Source of the DNA: Candidatus Parcubacteria bacterium
GTDB taxonomy: Bacteria > Patescibacteriota > Minisyncoccia > Phycocordibacterales > CAIZIN01
Assembly (NCBI GenBank): GCA_039795755.1
Contig: JBDKLF010000054.1
Location: 1-30,136, forward strand
Reading direction: 5' to 3'
Length of the DNA: 30,136 bases
Shown here: positions 17,159-26,850 of the stretch, one piece after another
Layout: each line of letters begins with the position of its first letter
How positions within the stretch are numbered: position 1 is the first letter of the stretch
Translations under genes and position numbers: made by a program
The notes under the pieces: model-generated
Seen by the model: only the letters and a program-made list of their open reading frames with translations
The model's database searches: none
What the model was told of the DNA's origin: nothing

Positions 17159-17179
17159 CACTACAGTTGTATCTTTGTA

Positions 17180-17214
17180 ATAAAATAGACCGCACCCAAA
17201 TTTAGGATGCGGCC
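17180..17214 (-). terminator. Terminator after the 57-aa ORF
   Basis: Minus strand GGCCGCATCC...GGGTGCGGTC stem (G-U pairs work only on this strand) followed by TATTTTA. Confidence 0.65.
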
Positions 17215-17242
17215 TGATGTCGTCGGGTGAAGGTGGAGATTG

Positions 17243-17416
17243 TTATTTCAACTCATTTTCTGAATAATACACAATCTCGATAAGCCTGCCGCTATTCACG
17301 GGAGTGCTAACTGCTTGCCAGTCACCTGGCCGAATGTTGTTTTTGTTGAGAAACTCAAGGAGTTGTGCACCCGCAGTTTCACCTCCGAATGTTATGCCGA
17401 ACCATTGCTTATTCAT
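17243..17416 (-). CDS. Putative 57-aa small protein
   Basis: MNKQWFGITFGGETAGAQLLEFLNKNNIRPGDWQAVSTPVNSGRLIEIVYYSENELK*, with a consensus promoter upstream and a terminator downstream; below the track cutoff. Confidence 0.75.
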   Translation of the reverse strand: MNKQWFGITFGGETAGAQLLEFLNKNNIRPGDWQAVSTPVNSGRLIEIVYYSENELK

Positions 17417-17424
17417 ACTCAATT

Positions 17425-17453
17425 ATTATAAAGCAATAATTTGGTTATGTCAA
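17425..17453 (-). promoter_or_regulatory. Consensus sigma70 promoter of the 57-aa ORF
   Basis: Exact TTGACA-17-TATAAT, 8 nt before the ATG. Confidence 0.8.
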
Positions 17454-17478
17454 TAATCTATAAAATAAAAAATCCTTT

Positions 17479-17886
17479 TTAGGATTGAGGTTCAACAAAT
17501 GAAAATGTTTGATCATCTGTGTTGAAAATGACTTCTTTAGGATGATCGAACAACACACTACTTGGTCGTAGTGGATCAAATTGATCGTTGATGATATTCC
17601 AGATTGTTACTTCGGCATCGTCCGCTATTCGAAGCCAATTTGTGTCGAAGTAAGCTACTGAATCTGATGGGACAAGGCAATTTCTGACTCGATGATCCTG
17701 ATCTCTAGAAAATGGTTTTTGACGCCAGAATCCGGTATCAACAAGCAACCTCATGTTGTGTTCATCTGTAAATGGAGCAAGTAATCCGTGACCATAAATC
17801 AGAATGCGCTTATATAAACTAGGACTTCGTAGTATATCTAAACGCAATTCTATAAATACTGGCATGTCAAAGTATGTAATTATCAT
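17479..17886 (-). CDS. Hypothetical protein
   Basis: 135-aa ORF filling the gap, with its own promoter; no motif recognised. Confidence 0.65.
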   Translation of the reverse strand: MIITYFDMPVFIELRLDILRSPSLYKRILIYGHGLLAPFTDEHNMRLLVDTGFWRQKPFSRDQDHRVRNCLVPSDSVAYFDTNWLRIADDAEVTIWNIINDQFDPLRPSSVLFDHPKEVIFNTDDQTFSFVEPQS

Positions 17887-17897
17887 AATCTATAGCG

Positions 17898-17925
17898 ATA
17901 TTAGCACTACGTACATTCATGTCAA
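17898..17925 (-). promoter_or_regulatory. Promoter of the 135-aa ORF
   Basis: TTGACA-16-TAATAT with a TG extension. Confidence 0.65.
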
Positions 17926-17943
17926 TTTATGTGTATAACACCC

Positions 17944-17971
17944 TTGACTTATACGGGGAATCCATTATACT
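17944..17971 (+). promoter_or_regulatory. Promoter of rpoBC
   Basis: TTGACT-16-TATACT, about 220 nt upstream of the rpoB ATG. Confidence 0.65.
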
Positions 17972-18049
17972 TACCCTCGATTGTCATGAATGAGTCTTGG
18001 CTGGTGCAATCGCCATTAATCGCGCGCTACTCTAAATAAAATATCTTTA

Positions 18050-18171
18050 CCTGTGTCATTCAACATAGGAAACGCTTTTTAATAGACGAGGCAAACCTTC
18101 AGTAACACTGAGGGTATTTTGTGTTTTTAATAGTTTTATAAACAGCCGCGCCGAAAGGACGTTGCGCGGCA
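18050..18171 (+). promoter_or_regulatory. Structured rpoB leader (three hairpins, one terminator-like)
   Basis: Stems 18050-56/18063-69, 18095-103/18107-115 (followed by ATTTTGTGTTTTT) and 18146-52/18165-71. Confidence 0.55.
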
Positions 18172-18189
18172 TAATTTTCGAAAAATTAC

Positions 18190-21100
18190 ATGAAAAGAGC
18201 AAAGAAAGTATTCGGAAACTACAAAGAACCATGGGTAGATATGCCGAACCTTGTAGAAGGTCAGGTACATTCATACGAATGGCTTCGAAAGTTTGGTCTA
18301 GGTGAAATTTTCAAAGAATTCGCCGGTATCAAGGATTATTCAGGTAAGAAGTTCGAACTTTCATTCACCGACTTCAAGCTTGAAGAGCCAAAGTACGATG
18401 AGGAATATGCAAAGGAGAACAAGATGAACTATGAGGCTCCTCTCAAGGCTATGATTCGTCTCACGAACAAGATTGTTGGTTCTACAAAAGAACAAGAAAT
18501 CTTCATGGCTGATTTCCCTGTAATGACAAAGAACGGTACCTTCATCATCAACGGTATCGAACGAGTTATCGTTCCACAGCTCGCACGATCATTCGGTATT
18601 TTCTTTACCGAGAATGAAGTTCGAGGAAAGCGATACTTCGGAGCAAAGATCATCCCAGCACGAGGTGCATGGATCGAGATCGAGACCGAAGCAGATGACG
18701 TCGTATATGTACGTATCGACAAGAACCGAAAGTTTGCAGTCACCACACTCCTTCGCGCGATGGGAGCACCAACTGATGCAGATATTCTTGCACTTGGAGC
18801 AGGTAATCCTGAACTCAAGCATGCACTCGAAGTAAGTCTTGCAAAAGACCCAATCAAGACTCAAGACGAAGCATTTATCGAAATCTACAAGCGACTCCGA
18901 GATGGAGATCTTGCAACTGTAGAAAACGCAAAGGACTTTTTCCGATCTATTTTTGAAGCAGAACGATACGATATTCACCGTGTAGGACGATTCCGATTCA
19001 ATCGACGATTCGGTAAGTCACTCGAAGAAAAGGAACTCGAACGAAAGACATTGTCACTTGATGACATTGTAACTACTGTTGCATATGCAGTATCACTTAA
19101 CCATAACCCAGACGCCGTAGCGGACGATATTGATCACATGGGATCACGACGCGTACGATTCGTAGGTGAAATGATTCAGCAGAAAATGCGCGTAGGTATG
19201 ACCCAGATGAAGCGAAACATTCAGAACCGAATGTCTACTATTGATACTGATGCAGTATTGCCAGTACAGTTCATCTCACCACGACCATTGCAGGCTCGAA
19301 TCAAGGAATTCTTTACCACCAACCAGTTGTCACAGTTCATGCAGCAGACCAACTCTCTCGAAGAGCTTGAGCATATGCGAACTATTTCAGCCCTCGGTCC
19401 CGGCGGATTGTCACGAGAACGTGCAGGATTCGAAGTGCGAGACGTACATACTTCTCACTACGGACGAGTATGTCCAATCCACACACCTGAAGGTCAGAAC
19501 ATTGGATTGATTCTCCGATTGTCTACCTATGCAAAGGTAAATGAATTCGGCATGATCGAAACACCTTATATCAAGGTGAAGAATGGAAAGATTACTGACG
19601 AGGTTCAGTATATGAATGCGCTTGAAGAAGAAAAGTACAACATTGCACATGCTGCAGTTGATTATGATAAGGATGGAAAGATCAAGGCAGACGAAGTTGA
19701 AGTTCGACAGAATGGAAATCCAGCTATCGTTCCAGTGAATGAAGTACATTATATGGACGTGTCTACGAACCAGCCATTTGCGATCACTACTTCAATGATT
19801 CCGTTCTTGAATCACGATGATGCGAACCGAACACTCATGGGATCAAACATGCAAAAGCAGGCTGTTCCATGTCTTATGCCAGATGCTCCACTCGTTGCGA
19901 CTGGTATTGAAGAAAAGGCAGTTGCTGACACTGGACGAATTGTTGCTGCAGAAGCAGATGCAACAATTACCAAGGTAGACGGACGAACAATCGCGTACAA
20001 GGATGCCAAGGGTAAGGAACACGTACACAATCTCGTACAGTTCCAGCGAACAAACGGATTCACCGTACATCATCAGCGACCAATTGTAAGTCTCGGTCAA
20101 AAAGTAAAGAAGGGTGAAGTAATTGCAGACATGTCTACTTCTGATAATGGTCAGATGGCATTGGGGCAGAACTTACTCGTTGGATTCATGACATGGTCAG
20201 GAAACAACTATGAAGATGCGATTATTCTTTCTGAACGATTGGTGAAGGATCAAAAGCTTACTTCAATTCATATGGATGAATTCGTAGTAAACGTGCGAGA
20301 CACCAAGCTCGGGCCCGAAGTCACTACTTGTGATATTCCTAACGTTGGTGAAGCCAAGCTCAAGAACCTCGATGAAGACGGTATTATCCGAATTGGAGCA
20401 GAAGTACGACCAGGAGATATTCTCGTTGGTAAAGTAACTCCAAAGGGAGAAACACAGCTCACTCCAGAAGAACGATTGCTACGATCTATTTTCGGTGAAA
20501 AGGCAAAGGATGTGAAGGATACTTCAAAGCGTGTTGATTCTGGTAACCGAGGACGAGTAATCGGTATCAAGATCTTCTCACGAGAACGAGGAGACAAGCT
20601 TGAATCAGGTATTATCAAGCGAATTCATATCGAAATCGCTCAGCTCCGAAACATTTCTGTAGGAGATAAGCTTGCTGGACGACACGGTAACAAGGGTGTT
20701 ATCTCACGAATTCTTCCAGTAGAAGATATGCCATACGCAGCAGACGGAACTCCGCTCGATGTGATCCTTACACCACTCGGTGTACCATCACGAATGAACC
20801 TTGGACAGATTCTTGAATTGCACCTCGGTATGGCAGCTCATGAATTGAACTACCAAGCAATTGTTCCACCATTCACTGGTGCGACAGATGCCGAAATCAA
20901 GGAAGAATTGAAGAAGGCAGGAATGCCAGAAGATGGAAAGGTACAACTCTTCGACGGACGAACAGGAGAAGCCTTTGAACAAAAGACTGCTGTCGGATAT
21001 ATGTATGTCTTGAAACTGCACCACATGGTAGAAGACAAGATTCACATGCGATCTATCGGTCCTTACTCTCTCATTACTCAGCAGCCATTGGGAGGAAAGG

Positions 21101-21393
21101 CTCAGAACGGAGGTCAGCGATTCGGAGAAATGGAAGTATGGGCGCTCCTTGGTTATGGATCATCATACACATTGCGAGAAATGCTTACTTACAAGTCTGA
21201 CGATATTGTGGGCCGATCAGATGCCTTTGACTCTATTGTGAAGGGTGAACGAATCGAGCAGCCAAATATTCCTGCATCATTCCACGTAATGCTTAACACA
21301 CTTCGAGGGTTGTCACTTGATGTTGATTTGAAACAAGGTGACCAAGTAGTCGAGAAACCAAAGAAGAAAATTGTTGACGAACAACAATACTAA
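18190..21393 (+). CDS. rpoB: RNA polymerase subunit beta
   Basis: GTFIINGIERV, SALGPGGL, RTLMGSNMQKQAVP, GDKLAGRHGNKG, KLHHMVEDKIHMRS, GGQRFGEME. Confidence 0.99.
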   Translation: MKRAKKVFGNYKEPWVDMPNLVEGQVHSYEWLRKFGLGEIFKEFAGIKDYSGKKFELSFTDFKLEEPKYDEEYAKENKMNYEAPLKAMIRLTNKIVGSTKEQEIFMADFPVMTKNGTFIINGIERVIVPQLARSFGIFFTENEVRGKRYFGAKIIPARGAWIEIETEADDVVYVRIDKNRKFAVTTLLRAMGAPTDADILALGAGNPELKHALEVSLAKDPIKTQDEAFIEIYKRLRDGDLATVENAKDFFRSIFEAERYDIHRVGRFRFNRRFGKSLEEKELERKTLSLDDIVTTVAYAVSLNHNPDAVADDIDHMGSRRVRFVGEMIQQKMRVGMTQMKRNIQNRMSTIDTDAVLPVQFISPRPLQARIKEFFTTNQLSQFMQQTNSLEELEHMRTISALGPGGLSRERAGFEVRDVHTSHYGRVCPIHTPEGQNIGLILRLSTYAKVNEFGMIETPYIKVKNGKITDEVQYMNALEEEKYNIAHAAVDYDKDGKIKADEVEVRQNGNPAIVPVNEVHYMDVSTNQPFAITTSMIPFLNHDDANRTLMGSNMQKQAVPCLMPDAPLVATGIEEKAVADTGRIVAAEADATITKVDGRTIAYKDAKGKEHVHNLVQFQRTNGFTVHHQRPIVSLGQKVKKGEVIADMSTSDNGQMALGQNLLVGFMTWSGNNYEDAIILSERLVKDQKLTSIHMDEFVVNVRDTKLGPEVTTCDIPNVGEAKLKNLDEDGIIRIGAEVRPGDILVGKVTPKGETQLTPEERLLRSIFGEKAKDVKDTSKRVDSGNRGRVIGIKIFSRERGDKLESGIIKRIHIEIAQLRNISVGDKLAGRHGNKGVISRILPVEDMPYAADGTPLDVILTPLGVPSRMNLGQILELHLGMAAHELNYQAIVPPFTGATDAEIKEELKKAGMPEDGKVQLFDGRTGEAFEQKTAVGYMYVLKLHHMVEDKIHMRSIGPYSLITQQPLGGKAQNGGQRFGEMEVWALLGYGSSYTLREMLTYKSDDIVGRSDAFDSIVKGERIEQPNIPASFHVMLNTLRGLSLDVDLKQGDQVVEKPKKKIVDEQQY

Positions 21394-21419
21394 TTACTCA
21401 TCATTCAAACAACAACTAT

Positions 21420-24400
21420 ATGAATAAATTCAATTCAAAAGAGTCACAGGTGTTCGATTCAATCTCAATCAAGGTTGCATCACCTGATCGAATTCTCGAC
21501 TGGTCATTCGGAGAAGTGACAAAGCCTGAGACCATGAACTATCGTACACAGCGATCAGAAAAGAACGGTCTCTTCGATGAAAAAATCTTCGGTCCTGATA
21601 AGGATTACGAATGTTACTGTGGAAAGTATCGTGGTATTCGATACAAGGGTATTGTCTGTGAAAAGTGTGGAGTAGAAATCACACGATCAATTGTACGACG
21701 AGAGCGAATGGGTCACATCGAACTCTCAACTCCTGTTGCTCATATCTGGTTCCTCCGATCAACACCATCACGACTTGGTCTCATTCTCGGAATGGGTCAG
21801 GGTGATCTTGAAAAGGTAGTCTACTTCGCTGGATATCTCGTCACAAAGGTATTCGTTGAAGAACGTGATCGTTTCCTTGCAGACCTTGATTCTGAATTCA
21901 AGGCAAAGGTAAAGACATATCAAGACGAAAAGACAAAGGATGCCCTCAAGGAATTGCTTACTAACACTCGAAAAGAAATTGAGAGCATTGAAGTAGGACA
22001 AGTGCTCGATGAAGTGCAGTATCACAAGTACTCACTCAAGTATGGAACACTTTTTGAAGCAGGAATTGGAGCAGAAGCTATTTACACCATCTGTAAGAAT
22101 CTTGATCTTGCAAAGCTTCAGAAAGAACTCGAAGCAATTGTAGAAAAGGCTCCCGCACTCGAACGAGAAAAGATGAATCGACGAATTGGTCTCGTGAAGT
22201 CAATGCTTGCCTCTGGTGTACGACCAGAATGGATGTTCCTTACACGATTGCCAGTTATTCCAGCAGGTCTTCGACCGATGGTGGCACTCGAAGGAGGACG
22301 ACATGCAACATCTGATGTAAACGATCTCTATCGACGAGTAATCAATCGAAATAATCGATTACGAAAACTTATCGAAATTCATGCTCCTGATGTAATTCTC
22401 CGAAACGAAAAGCGAATTCTCCAGGAAGCTGTTGATGCTCTTATTGATAACTCAATGCGACAGGGTGGTGCTGCAACTGCAGGTGCTAATCCAGCACAGC
22501 GACGACCATTGAAGTCACTTGCGGATAACCTCAAGGGTAAGCGAGGTCTCTTCCGAGGAAATCTCCTTGGTAAGCGAGTAGATTATTCTGGACGATCAGT
22601 AATTGTGGTAGGTCCTTCACTTAACCTTGACCAGTGTGGATTGCCAAAGCACATGGCACTTGAACTTTTCAAGCCATTCGTGATCTCAGGATTGTTGAAG
22701 CGAGAACTTGCATTCAACATTGGAGGTGCACGACGAATGATTGAAGATGAGGCTCCTGAAGTATGGGAAATTCTCGAAGAAGTAATTAAGGGTAAGTATG
22801 TACTCTTGAACCGAGCTCCGACCCTTCACCGATTGGGTATTCAGGCTTTCCAACCAATCCTTATCGAAGGTAATGCGATCCAGGTTCACCCACTCGTATG
22901 TACTGCGTTCAACGCGGACTTCGACGGAGACCAGATGGCGGTACACGTTCCATTGTCAGAAGAAGCTCAGTGTGAAGCTCGAGAAGTAATGGCGGCAGAC
23001 AAGAACATCTTGAAGCCAGGAAATGGTGATCCTACTGTTTCTGCCAAGCTCCTCGACATCGTATTGGGATGTTACTGGATGACAAAGACATTGGTAGGAG
23101 AAAAGGGTGAGAACAAATTCTTCTCATCTCCAAACGAAGCAATTACTGCATGGAATTTCGGTGTAGTAAGTCTCCGAGCAAAGGTAAAGATTCTTGGAAG
23201 TGATGATGCTCGATACGGTAAGTTCGAAGGAAAGCCATTCGAAACAACCATCGGACGATTGCTCTTCAACGAAGTGATGCCTGAAGACTATCCATTCATT
23301 AATGAAGAAATGGATAAGAAGCGCATGGGAGTAATGGTAGATGATCTCATCACTCGATATGGAGTAGGACGAGTCGCTGCAATTCTCGATAAGGTGAAGT
23401 CATTCGGATTCAAGTATGCAACACATGCTGGTATCACATGGGGTATCGATGATGTACGAGATCCAGAAGAAAAGAAAATCATTATCGAAGACGCCAAGAA
23501 AGAAGCTGTTCGAGTGGTTGAACAGTACAACGAAGGTCTTCTCTCAGAAGATGAACGAAAGCGAAAGGTGATTGAAATCTGGCAGGACGCAAAGGTAAAG
23601 GTAGAAGGAGTGATGGACAAGGCCTTCACAAAGGATGGTCCAGTATATGACATGGTGAAGTCGGGTGCTCGAGGATCATTGGGTAACATTACTCAGATGG
23701 CTGGTATCAAGGGTCTCATTCAGAACACTGCCGGAGAGACAATTGAATTCCCGATTCTTTCTGCATACAAGTCAGGTCTTACACCAATTGAATACTTCAT
23801 TACTACTCACGGGGCACGAAAGGGTATGACAGATACTGCGCTCAACACTGCAAAGGCGGGTTACCTTACTCGACGATTGTTCGATGTTGCTCAGGATGTA
23901 GTGGTATCAGAAGTTGATTGTGGAACAAAGGAACATGTTGTTATCAATACTGACAGTGACTCAGGAATCACTATTCCAATCTCAAAGAAGATTCGAGGAC
24001 GTGTGGTTGCAGAAGATGTAGTGGATACAAAGGGTGAAGTCATCTTCAAGAAGGGATCATTGCTTTCTAAGCATGATGCAAAGAAAGTGGAAGATGCTGG
24101 AGTTGCAAGTGTTAATGTACGATCACCACTCGTATGTAAGAGTATTCAGGGAGTATGTGTGATGTGTTACGGACTTGATCTCGGTAAGAACAAGATGATT
24201 GATGTCGGAGAAGCAGTAGGAACTGTAGCCGCGCAAGCGATCGGAGAACCAGGAACACAGCTTACAATGCGAACATTCCACGCCGGAGGTGTGGCGGTAC
24301 AAGGAGGAGATATTACACAAGGTCTTCCTCGAGTAGAAGAAGTATTCGAAAAGCGAATGCCAAAGAACCCTGCGGTAGTAGCTCATACATCAGGAACAGT

Positions 24401-25112
24401 GACTGAAATCAAAGACATGGGCAAGGAACGAATGATGAAGGTACTTGCGGATGTTGAAGAAGGAAAGAAGAAGGGTGTAGCTGAAGCTGAATATTACTTC
24501 AGTCTCAAGCGAGCTCCAGTAGTACGTGTAGGAGACAAGGTTGAAAAGGGGCAGATCCTTACTGACGGTTCTGCATCAATTGATGAACTCTTCAAATATG
24601 GTGGAAAGGAAAAGGCACAGAACTACATCATTACTGAAGTAAACAAGCTCTACGAATTGCAGGGAGAAACCGTTTCTCGAAAGCATATCGAAATTATCGT
24701 GAAGCAGATGTTTAGTCCAGTAAAGATCAAGACTCCTGGTGATACTGAATTCGCAGTTGGTGAAATTGTGAACAAGTCTGACCTCGATCGTCTCAACAAG
24801 GAACTCAAGAAGAACGGAAAGGAAATTGCAGCAGGTGATGCAGCAGTACAGGGTATTACAGAAGTATCATTGTCACGACGAAGCTTCCTCTCAGCTGCTT
24901 CATTCCAACACACTAACCGAATCCTTATTCAGGCTTCAGTACGAGGTATCAAGGAAGAACTCATTGGTCTCAAGGAAAACGTGATCATTGGTCGCCTTAT
25001 CCCAGCAGGTACAGGTTGGAAGGGAAGTGAGAAGCATGCGATGATCGAAAAGCTTCAAGCAACACTCCCACAGAAGGCATCAGAGCGAGAACGACAACAA
25101 GCAAATTCATAA
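21420..25112 (+). CDS. rpoC: RNA polymerase subunit beta'
   Basis: N-terminal Zn site (CYCGK...CEKC), RVDYSGRSVI, NADFDGDQMAV, QLTMRTFH, LKENVIIGRLIPAGTG. Confidence 0.99.
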   Translation: MNKFNSKESQVFDSISIKVASPDRILDWSFGEVTKPETMNYRTQRSEKNGLFDEKIFGPDKDYECYCGKYRGIRYKGIVCEKCGVEITRSIVRRERMGHIELSTPVAHIWFLRSTPSRLGLILGMGQGDLEKVVYFAGYLVTKVFVEERDRFLADLDSEFKAKVKTYQDEKTKDALKELLTNTRKEIESIEVGQVLDEVQYHKYSLKYGTLFEAGIGAEAIYTICKNLDLAKLQKELEAIVEKAPALEREKMNRRIGLVKSMLASGVRPEWMFLTRLPVIPAGLRPMVALEGGRHATSDVNDLYRRVINRNNRLRKLIEIHAPDVILRNEKRILQEAVDALIDNSMRQGGAATAGANPAQRRPLKSLADNLKGKRGLFRGNLLGKRVDYSGRSVIVVGPSLNLDQCGLPKHMALELFKPFVISGLLKRELAFNIGGARRMIEDEAPEVWEILEEVIKGKYVLLNRAPTLHRLGIQAFQPILIEGNAIQVHPLVCTAFNADFDGDQMAVHVPLSEEAQCEAREVMAADKNILKPGNGDPTVSAKLLDIVLGCYWMTKTLVGEKGENKFFSSPNEAITAWNFGVVSLRAKVKILGSDDARYGKFEGKPFETTIGRLLFNEVMPEDYPFINEEMDKKRMGVMVDDLITRYGVGRVAAILDKVKSFGFKYATHAGITWGIDDVRDPEEKKIIIEDAKKEAVRVVEQYNEGLLSEDERKRKVIEIWQDAKVKVEGVMDKAFTKDGPVYDMVKSGARGSLGNITQMAGIKGLIQNTAGETIEFPILSAYKSGLTPIEYFITTHGARKGMTDTALNTAKAGYLTRRLFDVAQDVVVSEVDCGTKEHVVINTDSDSGITIPISKKIRGRVVAEDVVDTKGEVIFKKGSLLSKHDAKKVEDAGVASVNVRSPLVCKSIQGVCVMCYGLDLGKNKMIDVGEAVGTVAAQAIGEPGTQLTMRTFHAGGVAVQGGDITQGLPRVEEVFEKRMPKNPAVVAHTSGTVTEIKDMGKERMMKVLADVEEGKKKGVAEAEYYFSLKRAPVVRVGDKVEKGQILTDGSASIDELFKYGGKEKAQNYIITEVNKLYELQGETVSRKHIEIIVKQMFSPVKIKTPGDTEFAVGEIVNKSDLDRLNKELKKNGKEIAAGDAAVQGITEVSLSRRSFLSAASFQHTNRILIQASVRGIKEELIGLKENVIIGRLIPAGTGWKGSEKHAMIEKLQATLPQKASERERQQANS

Positions 25113-25113
25113 T

Positions 25114-26832
25114 ATGCAATCCAAAGGATCGGTTGAAGCAATCAAAGACCGATTACGAATCGAGGACCTTATCGGAAGCTATATCACGATCGAGAAATCG
25201 GGAATAAACTACAAAGCGCGGTGTCCATTTCACAATGAAAAGACTCCGTCGTTCTTTGTGTCTGCCGATCGAGGTTCGTATTACTGCTTCGGATGTGGAG
25301 CCAAGGGAGATATATTCAGCTTTGTGCAGCAATTCGAAGGAGTGGACTTCGTCGGTGCATTGAAGCTGCTTGCTGAACGAACGGGAGTTGAATTGAACTT
25401 CGACTCCTATCAGCATACTTCCAAGCGAGAGCGATTGCTTCGCATCATGGAAGCTGCGTGCAAGTTCTATGAGCTTGCTTTCACCAAGCACAAGGCTGCA
25501 AATGAATATCTCATTGCTCGAGGACTTACTCCTGAGACAATCAAGAGTTGGAGAATCGGTTGGGCGCCACTCGATTGGCGTGCATTGTCTGAAGTATTAC
25601 TTCAAAAAGGAATTACCAAAGAAGAATTGCAAGAAGTAGGACTCACCAAAGAAGGTGATAAAGGAATTGCATACGATCGATTCCGTGGAAGAATCATGTT
25701 TCCACTCTTTGATGCTGCAGGACGCGTCGTAGGATTCTCAGGACGATTACTCGCTGATGATCCAAATGCTCCGAAGTATCTCAATTCACCAGAAACAGAA
25801 TTATTCAAGAAAAGTGAAATACTCTATGGTCTCGATCGTGCCAAGCGTGCGATGCGTGAGAAAGGATTTGTACTTCTCGTTGAGGGACAAATGGACTTGC
25901 TCATGTGTCATCAGTCAGGATTGAACTTCGCACTCGCTACATCAGGAACCGCACTTTCTGAACAGCATGTTGATATGATTCGACGATTCGTACCAAAGAT
26001 CGTTATCTCATTCGACGCTGATAATGCAGGAAGAAAGGCATCAGAACGCGTGTGGAACATGGCATTACAAAAAGACATGGAGGTAAACATTATCTCGATG
26101 CCGCATGGTAAGGATCCAGCGGATGCATTACGTGAGAATCCGCATGCGCTCGATGAGGCATTAAAGAGTACAGGACATATTGTAAATGTCTTACTTGCTG
26201 CAATTAAGAAAGAATCCACGGATACCAAAATACTTGGTGAGCGATTGAACAAAGAAATTATTCCACTCATTGCAGCAATTCCTCAGGCAATGTTGCGTGG
26301 ACATTTCGTAGCAACGATTGCTGAAGTCATTGGTGTAAAGGAAGAAATAGTGTGGGATGATCTCAAGAGTTATCTCAAGACAAAATCTTCACCACAACGG
26401 CAATCAACAGCTGGTCAATCGTCAAGTCTTGCCAAAAAGTCGCGACAAGATATAATTAATCATCAAATCTGGGCATTGTTGTGGTACGCAGAAAAATGCG
26501 ACCCGAAGTTATTTGCTTCATTAGAACAAAAACTTATAACAATGCTTGGTTCGGAGCAATACACGATCACTGCATCTGCTCTCGAGTCAGAAAAAAACAA
26601 TCTCATCTTCCAGGCTGAGATTGAATATCAGGACAAAACAATACAAAAAGAGGCAGAAACGCTTCTTATGAACCTGGAACTCGAACTCATGCGATCTCTC
26701 TTTGCAGAGACCATGGAAAAACTCTCACATGCAGAAAAAGAACACAACAAGCAAGAAAGTGAACGACTCCTTGCCTTGTGTCATGACTATACTCGTAAGA
26801 TCAACGAGCTTAAGTCGAAGCTTTTAATATAA
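25114..26832 (+). CDS. dnaG: DNA primase
   Basis: CHC2 finger CPFHNEKTPSF...CFGC, DRFRGRIMFP, KYLNSPET, TOPRIM VEGQMD and FDADNAG. Confidence 0.98.
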   Translation: MQSKGSVEAIKDRLRIEDLIGSYITIEKSGINYKARCPFHNEKTPSFFVSADRGSYYCFGCGAKGDIFSFVQQFEGVDFVGALKLLAERTGVELNFDSYQHTSKRERLLRIMEAACKFYELAFTKHKAANEYLIARGLTPETIKSWRIGWAPLDWRALSEVLLQKGITKEELQEVGLTKEGDKGIAYDRFRGRIMFPLFDAAGRVVGFSGRLLADDPNAPKYLNSPETELFKKSEILYGLDRAKRAMREKGFVLLVEGQMDLLMCHQSGLNFALATSGTALSEQHVDMIRRFVPKIVISFDADNAGRKASERVWNMALQKDMEVNIISMPHGKDPADALRENPHALDEALKSTGHIVNVLLAAIKKESTDTKILGERLNKEIIPLIAAIPQAMLRGHFVATIAEVIGVKEEIVWDDLKSYLKTKSSPQRQSTAGQSSSLAKKSRQDIINHQIWALLWYAEKCDPKLFASLEQKLITMLGSEQYTITASALESEKNNLIFQAEIEYQDKTIQKEAETLLMNLELELMRSLFAETMEKLSHAEKEHNKQESERLLALCHDYTRKINELKSKLLI

Positions 26833-26837
26833 GGTTT

Positions 26838-26843
26838 TATAAT
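26838..26843 (+). promoter_or_regulatory. -10 box of rpoD
   Basis: TATAAT, 7 nt before the ATG at 26851. Confidence 0.5.
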
Positions 26844-26850
26844 TCGCATC

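Noticed and set aside
2248-17161. Track start positions 2248 (rpmF), 3438 (rnc), 12674 (rpsP) and 17161 (3-TM ORF)
   Set aside because: They lie in or against promoter boxes or inside the upstream gene. Starts at 2257, 3480, 12698 and 17146 fit the promoter spacing and, for the first three, family N-termini.
18088-18171. Resemblance of GGCAAACC and CCGAAAGGACG to the c-di-GMP-I riboswitch or SRP RNA helix 8
   Set aside because: The required partner motifs (GGGACGCAAAGC; CAGG...AGCAG) are missing or wrongly spaced. Kept only as an unassigned structured leader.
18190-26832. Inteins or introns in rpoB, rpoC or dnaG
   Set aside because: Lengths are compact, the conserved motifs are contiguous, and there are no splice or homing-endonuclease signatures.
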